Positions 48,719 through 58,891 of a stretch of DNA of 64,000 nt are shown here, one piece after another. Position 1 is the first letter of the stretch. Every line of letters starts with the position of its first letter. Both the position numbers and the translations under genes were made by a program. Below the pieces are notes generated by a model, which saw nothing but the letters and a program-made list of their open reading frames with translations, made no database searches and was not told the DNA's origin. This stretch comes from Collinsella sp. (GTDB lineage: Bacteria; Actinomycetota; Coriobacteriia; Coriobacteriales; Coriobacteriaceae), in the NCBI GenBank assembly GCA_048189585.1, contig DBEZHA010000007.1:82053-146052 (forward strand), read 5' to 3'.

Positions 48719-49759
48719 ATGCAGGATAGAAAAGTCCTCGTCACTGGCGCCGCCGGCTTCATCGGGGCGTTTCTGGTGAAGCGGCTGCTCGAAACCACCG
48801 ACGACGCGATCATCGGTCTGGACAACGTGAACAGCTACTACGACCCTGGCATCAAGGAGGCTCGCCTGCGAATGCTGGCGGAGGTGGACAAGGCGGGGCG
48901 TTTCGCCTTCGTGCGCGGCGACCTGTGCGATGCCGCGTTGATAGAGCGCCTGTTCGCTGAGAACGGCTTCGACGTTGTGGTGAACTTGGCCGCCCAGGCC
49001 GGTGTGCGATACTCCATCGAGAACCCCAAGGCCTACATAGACAGCAACCTGGTAGGGTTCTTCAATATATTGGAGGCTTGCAGGCGCCACCCGGTGAAGC
49101 ATCTTGTCTACGCGAGCTCTTCCTCCGTCTACGGCGGCAACGAGAAAGTGCCTTTCTCGGAGGACGACCGTGTAGACTCTCCGGTGAGCCTGTACGCCGC
49201 CACAAAGAAGTCCAACGAGCTAATGGCCGCGGCCTACTCCAAGCTTTACTCCATCCCAGCCACGGGCCTGCGCTTCTTTACGGTGTATGGGCCCATGGGA
49301 AGGCCCGACATGGCATACTTCGGCTTCACCGAGAAGTTGCGTCGTGGCGATACGATTAAGATTTTCAACATGGGCGATTGTAAGCGCGACTTTACGTACG
49401 TGGACGATATTGTGGAGGGCGTGCGCAGGGTCATGGACGGCGCTCCTGAGGTCAAGATCGGTGTTGATGGTTTGCCAATGGCCGCTCATCGCGTGTATAA
49501 CATCGGCAATTCGAATCCCGAGAACTTGCTGATCTTCGTTGATACGCTGCAGCGTGTGCTGGTTGAGGAGGGCGTGCTCCCCGCCGATTACGATTTCGAG
49601 GCGCATAAGCAGCTCGTTCCTATGCAGCCTGGTGACGTGCCTGTAACCTATGCGGATACTGGCGCCTTGGAGCGCGATTTTGGTTACAAACCCGCAACGC
49701 CGCTCGAGGACGGTCTTCGTGAATTCGCGAAGTGGTATCGCGAGTTCTACGGGAATTAG
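48719..49759 (+). CDS. NAD-dependent epimerase (UDP-glucuronate 4-epimerase type)
   Basis: VTGAAGFIG, LAAQAGVRYS, YASSSSVYG, YAATKKSNE, MQPGDV. Confidence 0.9.
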   Translation: MQDRKVLVTGAAGFIGAFLVKRLLETTDDAIIGLDNVNSYYDPGIKEARLRMLAEVDKAGRFAFVRGDLCDAALIERLFAENGFDVVVNLAAQAGVRYSIENPKAYIDSNLVGFFNILEACRRHPVKHLVYASSSSVYGGNEKVPFSEDDRVDSPVSLYAATKKSNELMAAAYSKLYSIPATGLRFFTVYGPMGRPDMAYFGFTEKLRRGDTIKIFNMGDCKRDFTYVDDIVEGVRRVMDGAPEVKIGVDGLPMAAHRVYNIGNSNPENLLIFVDTLQRVLVEEGVLPADYDFEAHKQLVPMQPGDVPVTYADTGALERDFGYKPATPLEDGLREFAKWYREFYGN

Positions 49760-49772
49760 CTGGGTGATAGCA

Positions 49773-50282
49773 ATGTCGAATGTATACAGCAGTGACCGTA
49801 TTCGCTTTGGGGGGGGGTCTATTCTCTCAAACCATGCTTTGAGGTTTGTTTGGCTACTTCGAAAGTGCCAGAATTCGCACAATCCTTTATGGCATCTTTT
49901 TCGAAAGAGGATGGCTTGCAAATATGGTCTCGAGATCGCGCCTGCCACCTCGATTGGCGAAGGCTTGTATCTGGGTCACGCTTTTGGCATTACGGTAAAC
50001 CCGAATGCCGTTATCGGTCGCAACTGCAATATGCACAAAGGTGTGACAATTGGTCGGGAAAACCGCGGCAAACGAAAAGGTGCGCCTGTTCTTGGCGATT
50101 GCGTTTGGCTTGGTGTCAACTCAACTATTGTTGGTGGCGTTCGTTTAGGCAACGACGTTCTCGTTGCACCGAACACTTATGTTAACTGCGACGTACCAAG
50201 CCATTCGATTGTGATTGGGCACCCATGCAAAATCATTTCTCGAGATGGGGCAACAGACGAATATATAAACAACAGGGTCTGA
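49773..50282 (+). CDS. Hexapeptide-repeat O-acetyltransferase (serine acetyltransferase-like)
   Basis: IGEGLYLGH, IGRNCNMHKGVTIG, APVLGDCVWLG, DVPSH; G9 tract at 49809-49817 inside the 5' end. Confidence 0.8.
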   Translation: MSNVYSSDRIRFGGGSILSNHALRFVWLLRKCQNSHNPLWHLFRKRMACKYGLEIAPATSIGEGLYLGHAFGITVNPNAVIGRNCNMHKGVTIGRENRGKRKGAPVLGDCVWLGVNSTIVGGVRLGNDVLVAPNTYVNCDVPSHSIVIGHPCKIISRDGATDEYINNRV

Positions 50283-50648
50283 ATAATAAAATCGGTTTTA
50301 CATGTCTTATCCAGGATAGAGGGGGGGGGATCGTCTTCGCTAATTACAGCGAGTTAGCGACTCAGTGAGCTTTGGCGCGCTCTGATGCGAGCGGAAGGTG
50401 AAGCAAACTGGAACGGGTAGTAGATTCCCAGAAGCTATATGCAACGTGAGTGTCAAAGATAGCGCGTCTTAACGCATAACCCTGCATTCCTCCTTTCACC
50501 GACTGGCAAAACGATTTACACCTAATTGTCGACATTACCCACGCGATTTATCTTTGCCCCCGCATCGATCTCGCTAAACTAATAACTGCTGCTACCAGGG
50601 CATTTTCTGGTGCACATTCTATTGGCTCCTGCGAAGATCGGAGCGGGT

Positions 50649-51785
50649 ATGTTTGCTGCCAAGTCCCACACCAGCCGTCATCACATCGCGATCGCTGCCA
50701 TGGCCTGCCTATGCGTTTTGCTGGGCGGGCCTTCTTATGCCGCGGGCGCGGAGAGCCTCATCATCGCGGGCGCGACGTACTGCGAGCCGGGCGCGTCGGG
50801 CCCCGGCTGGGCCTGGACCGATGCCGACCACCTGGAGCTTGACGGCTACGCGGGTGGGGCCATCGGCGCCGAGGGCGACCTGGTGCTGACGCTTGCCGGG
50901 CAAAACTCCGTGACGGAGTCGCATGCGCCCGATGCGGACATCACGCTGTGCGGTATGGAGGTGTGGGGCAACCTGACGCTTCGCGGCACCGGGACCCTGA
51001 CGGCGACGGGCTAGCAGTGCGGGATCCACGTTTCGCAGGCGCTCGTGGTGGACGGCTGCACCGTCGATGTCCGGGCGGACGGGGCCGATATTACGGACGA
51101 GGCGTTCGCCGGCGTGATCGCAGGCGACATGGCCGTGCGCGGCGGCGGGCGCGTCGTTGCCGCGGGCGCCGGGTCCGGAGCGGGCGTGCGCGCCTACGGC
51201 GTGTATCTGCAAGATGCGGGCCTTGGCGATGGTGCGTCCGGCTGTCGGCTTTCCGTCGACGCCTCGTGGCTTGATGCGACCGGTGCCGACGGCGGTGTTG
51301 CGTGCACGGGCGGGTCGCTTGTGTCTGCGCGGTTCGTGGCGCCTGCGGGAGGGGCCTTCGGTGCCGGCGGCGTGGCGAATGCTTCCGGCGACATGGCGCC
51401 GCATGTGGTGATCGAGCCCCAGGGCGCCACGGCGCCGCCGGGGGAGACCGACGGGCGCGAGGTGCCCGGCGGCGCGGGCGAGCCGGCCGGCGGTGCCGGT
51501 CCTGCCGTTGAGCGGCCCGGTGCCGGGTCCGCGACGGATCCCGTCCTAAAGCCCGCGGCTGCGACGCCCAAGACAATCACGACAACCAAAACGACCGTGA
51601 CCAAGACCATGGCGTCCACGCCATCCAAGGCCAAGACTGCTGGCGTCTCCACCGTCACGCTCCCCAAGACCGCCGACGGCAACTGGATCGCCGCCTCCCT
51701 GGCGCTATTCCTGCTGGGAACAGCGCTTGTGTTTGTTAACGTCGTGATTGCGGTTCTAGGTAGGCCAAAGCGTAACGGCGATTGA
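50649..51785 (+). pseudogene. Sortase-type (LPKTA) surface protein interrupted by an in-frame TAG
   Basis: ORFs 50610-51014 and 51045-51785 share a frame, separated by TAG at 51012-51014; signal peptide, Thr/Pro-rich linker, LPKTA + TM + basic tail. Confidence 0.7.
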
Positions 51786-52127
51786 CCGAAGTGCCATACA
51801 CTTTCTAGGTAGGGGCAATTGCAACGTGTATGACGCATAGCAGGGGCGCGCCGGCTATTCAAAGAAGCTCGGAAGCCTCTATGCGTCTGTGCAAAAGCGC
51901 GTGAACGAGCTCATCTCTTGAGCCCCCAAGAAATTCGCGAGCGCATCAACTCGGGCGTGGTCACTCTGCTGGCCGCGCCCCTCTGCATCGCGCTGCTGCT
52001 GGTTTTACCATTTCTGATTTGGGATAGGCACCTTCGCTAGCTCCATGCAAGTGAATTGTGGTCCCACGTGGATTCTTTGGGCCCGATCGCGAGCGCGGGC
52101 CCGAAGGCTGTAGTAGCTGGCCCATGC

Positions 52128-52706
52128 CTAGCGCGACGGGTCGCAGACGCTTTCCTGGCTGCCGCCGTCCCAATAGGTGGGCACGTCCATGCGCGCTTTG
52201 GCCTGGGACGAGCCGTTGGCCTGGGTTACGTGGAAGGTCGTCGCGGTGCCCGCGGGGGCGTCGTTCCACGAGACGGTGAAGGTGACGCCGTTTTGGGTTG
52301 CGGTGGCGGAGTGGGCGTAGCCGGTTTGTGCCGTGGCGGAGATGGCCTCGGGCGTGGGGGTGGCTTGGGCGCGGAGGGATGGGGCGGGGGTGCCGGTTGC
52401 GGCGGCGGTGCCGGGCGCGGCGGTGTCTGTGGCGTTGGCGGTGGGGGTGCCGCCAGCGCTTTCCGTGTTGACTGCGCTGGCGCCGGTGGATGTTGCGGTG
52501 CCGTCCTCTACGGTATCTGCTGTCGCATTTGCGTTGGTGCCGTCTTCGGCCTTGCCTGTGTCGCTGCTCGTGGCGTCGGCTTGCGCCTGCTGCTCGGCGG
52601 TTTCTTGAGGCTGAATCGCCTCCGCAATGGCTGGCATAGGCAACGTCGCGCCGACCATGGACGTGCACGCGATCGCGCAGAGCAGGTAGTAAAGGGGTCG
52701 TTTCAT
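52128..52706 (-). pseudogene. N-terminal fragment of a secreted/surface protein, probably truncated
   Basis: Signal peptide MKRPLYYLLCAIAC.., Ala/Thr-rich linker, then the start of a beta domain ending abruptly at CDPSR* where composition changes. Confidence 0.5.
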
Positions 52707-53002
52707 AGCGGAGCCTCTCGGTGAGCAGCCAATAGGGTCCGAAGGCAGCTCCAGGCCAGCACTCCGCACATATTTTGTTGGGGTTTATTTTACGGGAACC
52801 GCAGTCAACATCAGCGAACTTTCTGGGGGATGTTGGGGAGGGGGAGGGAGCCTTAGGCGACGGCTTGGTGCATGCAAGCAACCTTCTTAGGACTACTCTT
52901 ATGATTTACATGCCGCTCGAAGTGGCTGTGCCTCAAGTTCAGTACAACACGAGGCGTGTTAGATTGTTGGAAGCCATAAAACCATAAAGGTCGGGAGGAC
53001 GC

Positions 53003-54736
53003 ATGAGGATCTCTAAACTGAGGATTGAGAACTATCGGAATCTCGATGGAGTGTCGATTAGTTTTGACGAGGACGTGAGCTATATTGTCGGCGAGAACAA
53101 CCTCGGCAAAACGAATGTGCTTGACTTGCTCAATACAATTTTCAATCAAGCGACGATTAGCGAAGAGGATTTCGCTGACATTGAAAAGCGCGCAGGGGCT
53201 CTAGTAACTTTAAAGTTGGACGAGGACGAGATCGGAATAACGGGGCTCGACATCGATCCTACGACCGGAAACGCTATTACCATCTGCGCTTTTGCTGATG
53301 ACCCGGATTCTCGAATTGAATTTAAGGCCGAAGGGAGCGGAGAAAGTATTTCACCCTCTCTGATGCGATCCGTTCACATGTTCAGGTACTCGACTGCATC
53401 CTTTAATAGGGGAGACCTGGCGTTTGATGGTACCCGAGGTGTCGGTAAAGTTCTCTCCAAAGGTATCGCTCTTTATCTAGATAAGGAGGGTAAAGAGGTC
53501 TCCGACTTTCTGGATGGGAGCGAGCTCGAAGGTCTGGTTGCAGATCTCGGCGAGATCGTCGGCGACGTCCCGATCCTGTCATCATATGGTGTGAGGCCGG
53601 GCGTCGATTCATCGGATGGCGGAACGCTTGGAAGTTTGGTTACCTTGCTTGACAAGAGGGGCGTTCATTTTAAAAAGGCAGGGGTAGGCTTGCAGTACCT
53701 CGCTATTGCCTCGCTCTCGATAATCGAGAGCATTATGCGTCTTTCGCCTAAACGCCTTCAAGAGAGCCTTTGCTCAGATGATGATGACAGACGCGTGCTG
53801 CATGCCGTTCTGGCTTATGACGAACCCGAAGCCCACCTTCACCCGTATATGCAGAGGCGTCTCTCGAAGAGCTTGCATAGGATTTGCGAAGGGAAGGATG
53901 ATAGATTCAATGCTCTTCTAAAGGACTATTTCGGAATTGATTCAATCAAAGCTCAGCTGATCATGGTGACGCATTCGCCTAACATTCTGGCTCGCGGCTA
54001 TAAGAACATTGTGCGATTCGGGCAGGGCGAAAATTCGCCGAAGGTCATATGCGGTAGGGATATTGACCTGTCCGACAAGGTTGAAAAGCATCTTATGCTG
54101 AACTTTGAGTCGATACGAGAGGCCTTTTTCGCGCGGTCGGTTTTGGCTTTTGAGGGGCAGACAGAGTCTGGAGCCATTCCGGTGTTCGCTCGCAACCTTG
54201 GGATGGATCTGGATGATTATGGAGTTGTGCCTATCAGGGCCGGCGGGAAAAAGAACGTTAAACCACTCTGTGAACTTCTGGGCAAGTTCGAGATTCCAAA
54301 TTATTCAATTGTCGACAGAGATGAGGATGAGCTGCAAGAAACTTCTGAAGACCATATAACGACAACCGAACGGGATTTCGAAGGTGAGGTCGTTGACTCG
54401 TTCTTCGCTAGCGATAACCAGGGTGCGTTTATTGCGCTTCTTGAGTCGATTGATCCTTTTCAGAGGGCAACTTGCATCAAGGGGAATAGTAAAGCTTTGA
54501 AAAGCGCCTGTGCTGTCTACGGCGTTAACTTGCGGGACCCTGAATACGATTTCCGGGGATCGGAGTTTGACGGGTTATTCGTAGACACGCCCAAATCACG
54601 TGCGCTTATGTATGCATGGCTTTCATCGAACAAGGGCGTCGTGTCTGGCGTCGCCCTCGCGGAGGCTCTTGGTGCTAATGGCGTTCCCACATGTTACAAA
54701 AGTATTATTCGCAAGGCCGTGGGGCTCGAATGCTGA
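53003..54736 (+). CDS. OLD-family ABC ATPase + TOPRIM nuclease (GajA-like)
   Basis: IENYRNL, Walker A GENNLGKT, Walker B YDEPEAHLHP, VTHSP, TOPRIM FEGQTE and VDRD. Confidence 0.85.
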   Translation: MRISKLRIENYRNLDGVSISFDEDVSYIVGENNLGKTNVLDLLNTIFNQATISEEDFADIEKRAGALVTLKLDEDEIGITGLDIDPTTGNAITICAFADDPDSRIEFKAEGSGESISPSLMRSVHMFRYSTASFNRGDLAFDGTRGVGKVLSKGIALYLDKEGKEVSDFLDGSELEGLVADLGEIVGDVPILSSYGVRPGVDSSDGGTLGSLVTLLDKRGVHFKKAGVGLQYLAIASLSIIESIMRLSPKRLQESLCSDDDDRRVLHAVLAYDEPEAHLHPYMQRRLSKSLHRICEGKDDRFNALLKDYFGIDSIKAQLIMVTHSPNILARGYKNIVRFGQGENSPKVICGRDIDLSDKVEKHLMLNFESIREAFFARSVLAFEGQTESGAIPVFARNLGMDLDDYGVVPIRAGGKKNVKPLCELLGKFEIPNYSIVDRDEDELQETSEDHITTTERDFEGEVVDSFFASDNQGAFIALLESIDPFQRATCIKGNSKALKSACAVYGVNLRDPEYDFRGSEFDGLFVDTPKSRALMYAWLSSNKGVVSGVALAEALGANGVPTCYKSIIRKAVGLEC

Positions 54737-56547
54737 TGAGTCAGACTGACCTGCGGGATAGTGTTAGAGCCGAGATTGAGGCGTGCTGTGGTGGGGATGC
54801 GTCGCAGTGCTCCGCGATTTTCTCGCCATCAAAGAGGGTGTTCGTGGAGGCGCCGGCAGGCTACGGGAAGACCACGGTGATGACTGGGCGGGCTTGCTGG
54901 CTGCTGGCATCTGGCGAAGTCCATCCGCCAAAAAGGATTTTGGCCCTGACTTTTAGCGTTGCCGCCGCGCGGAGGATGCGTATGGATTTGGGCATCACTA
55001 TGTCGGCACTTCCTGGTCCCGTGGCCAAGCGTTTTGAGGACAGCGTCATGGCGACCAACTTCCACGGCTTTGCTTGGGCTCTGCTACGCAGATACTGGAA
55101 ATCGCTCTCGCTCCCAGTGAACGTTGGCGAGCTCTCTATGGTTGATGACAACAGCGCCGTTAGCGAGCTGGTTTCGCGAGGTGGCAGGCTGACCTGGGAT
55201 GAAAAGAATGCCGTTGACGACTTCCTCCGCTTCATGAGAAACGGTCAGGAAATGGACTTGAGGCGTGTGATGTTTTCCTTTAATAGGATCATCAAGGAAA
55301 GGTTTGCATCGAACGGTCTCTTGCCATACTCCGCAATGATTTCCCTTGCAATTGAATTGCTCGCTCATTTTCCCAAGTTAAGGTCCTATCTGTCGGCAGC
55401 ATATCCTGTTGTGCTTGTCGACGAGGTGCAGGACACGAATGCGTTGTGCTATGTCTTCCTAAGGGGTCTGATTTCTGATGAGTCGGGGATCTACATGTTC
55501 GGCGACCCCATTCAGCGTGTTTATGGTTTTATTGGTGCAATGGAGGGCTTAAAGGCAAAGGCCACTACCGACCTGCGTCTAACGCCGTTGGAACTCGAGC
55601 ATAACCATAGGTTTTCTGGGAGATCTATCGTCGGAGAGCTCGGTGCTGCGATTCGCTCCAACATGAAGGGCACCATTGCCGGCGGTACGCCCCGACTTCC
55701 CATATTTGTCGGCTCTACTCAGCAAGACGAAGCGACTGCCATCGTTTCCAAGGTTACGGTGCTCGCTCAAAGCAGTGGCGGGAGGATTGCGATTCTTGTT
55801 CGTAAGCGTGGTGCCCTTGCCGATCTCATTATGGAAGAGCTTGCCAAAGAAGGTATCTCTTACTTCAACGGACTCTTCTCGGATACAAGTCGGGGGTTCA
55901 TCGAATTCAATGCGTTTGCTTTATCCAGGATTACCGATGCAGTGTCTGGAGAAAAGGGCGTCAGCCGGTCTGCTGCGGACAAAATAATCGACTCCATCTC
56001 TGATGAACTGCTGACTGGCTCCAAGAGGTTCGAGTATGGGCGGTCCTATGCCATGCTTCTAGGAGCGCTGCGGAAACACCTTAAAAATGACTGCGTCGCG
56101 ATGGGACCTTCGGAGCGCTTCGACTATATCGTTAGTATCTTTTCCGAGGGCTCCCTGCGACGTTTCTCCGATTACCTTGATGTGGGCATCTCCATGATGA
56201 CCGTTCACTCCGCTAAGGGGCTCGAGTGGGACACCGTTTTCATTCCGGGCGTTACGCGTTTCGATTGGCCTGGAGGGATTTGCTCTCGTTGCGAAAATGC
56301 TGGTATATGCTTACGTTCTGCGCGAGGTTGCCAGATTGCTGATGCGAAGAAAATGCCAGATGGGCTTATTGAGGAAATAGGCCTGCTGTACGTCGGCGTC
56401 ACTCGCGCCCGCAAAGCGGTATACGTCTCCGCTTCGATGCAGCGCAGAACAAATTACGGGAACTATCAGGTTGCCTGCCCCTCTTGCCTAACGTCTCTTC
56501 CGGGCATTGAGCCTGTAAGCTGGACGGTCATGGACGGGGAGGGGTGA
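54730..56547 (+). CDS. UvrD/SF1 helicase (GajB-like)
   Basis: APAGYGKTT, ALTFS, NFHGF, VDEVQD, GDPIQRVYGF, NHR, TVHSAKGLEWD, LYVGVTRAR; overlaps the upstream stop. Confidence 0.88.
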   Translation: MLMSQTDLRDSVRAEIEACCGGDASQCSAIFSPSKRVFVEAPAGYGKTTVMTGRACWLLASGEVHPPKRILALTFSVAAARRMRMDLGITMSALPGPVAKRFEDSVMATNFHGFAWALLRRYWKSLSLPVNVGELSMVDDNSAVSELVSRGGRLTWDEKNAVDDFLRFMRNGQEMDLRRVMFSFNRIIKERFASNGLLPYSAMISLAIELLAHFPKLRSYLSAAYPVVLVDEVQDTNALCYVFLRGLISDESGIYMFGDPIQRVYGFIGAMEGLKAKATTDLRLTPLELEHNHRFSGRSIVGELGAAIRSNMKGTIAGGTPRLPIFVGSTQQDEATAIVSKVTVLAQSSGGRIAILVRKRGALADLIMEELAKEGISYFNGLFSDTSRGFIEFNAFALSRITDAVSGEKGVSRSAADKIIDSISDELLTGSKRFEYGRSYAMLLGALRKHLKNDCVAMGPSERFDYIVSIFSEGSLRRFSDYLDVGISMMTVHSAKGLEWDTVFIPGVTRFDWPGGICSRCENAGICLRSARGCQIADAKKMPDGLIEEIGLLYVGVTRARKAVYVSASMQRRTNYGNYQVACPSCLTSLPGIEPVSWTVMDGEG

Positions 56548-56632
56548 TTTGTGGCGGTATGGAGCGTGCCTACTGTTGGCGCGAGGTCCGGTCAGTGGCC
56601 TGGCCGGACCTCGCTGGGTGTGAAGAGGCCGT

Positions 56633-58228
56633 TCAGTGCGAAATATAGTGCCTTAGGGCTTCGGAAAGTTCGTCTCTCAGGTCGCCTTCCAACAAGGAAA
56701 TTGCACGATCGACATAGATTTTGTTATCAATACCAAAGTAACGCCCAATGCTTGTTGCAAGAGACTTGTCGTTAAATAGCCCGAGAATCTCATTGTAATC
56801 ATGGTCTTCAATGGCCTGTTGATATCTGTCGTTAACGTTCTTTTCTATGCTCGCAATATCAATTAAGGATGCTATGCCATCCGCAGTCAACTGCTCATTA
56901 TCCGAAATAGTTATTCCGGAAAGCACTTCCTTTACGCCTGCTACAAGCGCTTCCGATGTCTGCTTCTTTGCTTGTTTGCTGAACCTTTCACTTACATATG
57001 TCTTAATGCTGGAAAAGGTCTTATCTGCATCGGCGCCGAAACGCTGAGATAGAATCTGCACCGCTTCTTTGGTGAGAAAGAGATTTTCAACTTCTGCGAC
57101 CTTGAGGTGGAAGATCCCTTTTTCCTTAAGGGCGTTGAGCTGTTCCTCGGTTTTAAAGTCTCTGTCTATGATGCCCCGGGCCTTTATGGCATGAAGGCTT
57201 GAGGTACGATTATAAGCCTTCACATTATTGATGACCTGCTCGCATCCGCCGGAAGGGACTACATAACAATCGGGAAAGAGTGCGGAATAGATCCGCTTGT
57301 CGTAACTTCCTTCGGTTCCTTCAACGAATAGAACCTCTTTCCGGTTGCCAAGGAGCTCTATTAAGAGCTCCTTTGGAAGGTCGCTATCGGGAAGCGTTTC
57401 TAATTCCCATTTGGTGCCATCGAAATTCTTAACCCAGATGATATCCGAGCTTCGGTGTGTTGAAGCGAAGTTAACATCGTGGGTTATGTAGATAAAGAGA
57501 CAGTCGGGGCGGGGCTGCTCTAGGGAAGTCCAGAGTCGCGCCATAAGCGATGGATGCAAATGAACTTCAGGCTCATCCATGATGATTATTTTATCGTTTG
57601 GGACACAAAGAACTTGTGCGGCAAGATATAGCACTGAACGCTCGCCGTCACTCATTTGCGTTGCGCTGTAGCGATCCGTTTTACTTTGGGAGTACGCGTA
57701 GAAGGCCGCGTCTTCCTGCTCGATCTTTCTTTGAGGAAAGACTTCATCCCAAATTACTTTAAGCTTATCTAGTGCTGTTTTCGGTAGAGGGGGCCTTTCT
57801 GAAGAAATAGACTCTGCATACCTGCATTCATCAATAAACCGCTGGTTTTCAAGATTTACTTGTGCGATGAGGGCTGCTAAAACATCGTCAAAATCGTCAA
57901 GGAGCTTTGTTGTATAGCTTTCACCCCATTCCCATCGAACTTGTTTGTTCTCCTTATATTGGGAGCCGCCGTATATAACTTTATCTTCTGCTTCTGCGTA
58001 GCTCTTTAAAGGAATTCTCTCGGAAAAATTGATATCGCGTTGTGCAGTAATCCGATGGACCCTTTCGAAATCTTGTTGCTCTATCCAAGCACCGAGCTTT
58101 GATTTACCGGACCCATTTGGTCCGATAATAACGACGGAGTTGACCTGTGCTTCACAACAGATCTTTATGTTGCTGGCATTGGGTAGCCAGTATTCATATT
58201 TTGATTCGTCTTCTGACAATTGTCCCAC
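56633..58228 (-). CDS. ABC-type ATPase fused to a DUF4435/TOPRIM-like domain (fused PARIS-like)
   Basis: GPNGSGKS, MSDGER, MDEPEVHLHP, YITHD; C-terminal LFVEG..SYD, GIIDRD, EVENL. Confidence 0.8.
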   Translation of the reverse strand: MGQLSEDESKYEYWLPNASNIKICCEAQVNSVVIIGPNGSGKSKLGAWIEQQDFERVHRITAQRDINFSERIPLKSYAEAEDKVIYGGSQYKENKQVRWEWGESYTTKLLDDFDDVLAALIAQVNLENQRFIDECRYAESISSERPPLPKTALDKLKVIWDEVFPQRKIEQEDAAFYAYSQSKTDRYSATQMSDGERSVLYLAAQVLCVPNDKIIIMDEPEVHLHPSLMARLWTSLEQPRPDCLFIYITHDVNFASTHRSSDIIWVKNFDGTKWELETLPDSDLPKELLIELLGNRKEVLFVEGTEGSYDKRIYSALFPDCYVVPSGGCEQVINNVKAYNRTSSLHAIKARGIIDRDFKTEEQLNALKEKGIFHLKVAEVENLFLTKEAVQILSQRFGADADKTFSSIKTYVSERFSKQAKKQTSEALVAGVKEVLSGITISDNEQLTADGIASLIDIASIEKNVNDRYQQAIEDHDYNEILGLFNDKSLATSIGRYFGIDNKIYVDRAISLLEGDLRDELSEALRHYISH

Positions 58229-58279
58229 CTAGTTAATAACGATTATTTATTGGTTTAATAATAGTATTGATAAGTCCCA

Positions 58280-58777
58280 GTGACCTGCTTGGTTCCAGCT
58301 TTGCATTGCCATACTCTTCGATTTTGCGGCCATGGTTGTTCTCGTCAGGCTTAAGGCGCCACTCGACCGGTTGCGATCCGATGTTCGATATTACCGTTTG
58401 TATGCATAATTGGGCGTTTTGATAGCGAGGTTGAGCGTGACGCCTCGGAGTGCCTCATGGGTTGGGCGTGGAGTTGGGGTGCCATAGAAGACGAGATCGT
58501 GCAGAGAAGTATTATTACCAGAAGCACTCTTCCGATTTAGTGGCCGCTCGAGGCAGCTATACCTCACGATGCCGATTCAGCCATCGGCGCACCTGAACTC
58601 CTCGATCATTCGCCCGGTAATCACGACAGTGCTGACAACGATGTCGCTCTCTCGTACCGTGAACATGCAGTAGGTCGGTAAGGGCCAGTTGGCGTTGATG
58701 CTCGTCCCGTTCGCTAAAGACGCTTCCAATGGATCGCCCTGCTCGCCGGGTAGTAGGTTGACGACGCCATCGTTCAC
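58280..58777 (-). pseudogene. Degraded ORF remnant
   Basis: The 66-aa ORF frame continues past TGA and TAA stops with protein-like sequence (GDPLEA..PTYCMF..LVFYG..KTPNYAYKR*YR). Confidence 0.35.
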
Positions 58778-58835
58778 GTTCCTGCTACTGCGCGCTGGAC
58801 ATCCTGACTTCGACCATGACGCCCTCTCCGGGTCG

Positions 58836-58886
58836 CCTCCATGTTATACTTGCCGTAAAAAGTTTACGGCAAGTATAACATGGAGG
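58836..58886. promoter_or_regulatory. Perfect palindrome (24-bp arms, 3-nt loop) covering the promoter and RBS of the ATPase gene
   Basis: CCTCCATGTTATACTTGCCGTAAA-AAG-TTTACGGCAAGTATAACATGGAGG. Confidence 0.8.
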
Positions 58887-58891
58887 TCTCG

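Noticed and set aside
51012..51014. Pyrrolysine or other amber recoding
   Set aside because: No pyl genes in the window and no other supporting signal; a nonsense mutation is simpler.
58836..58886. Retron msr/msd inverted repeat
   Set aside because: No reverse transcriptase in the window, and the arms enclose only 3 nt.
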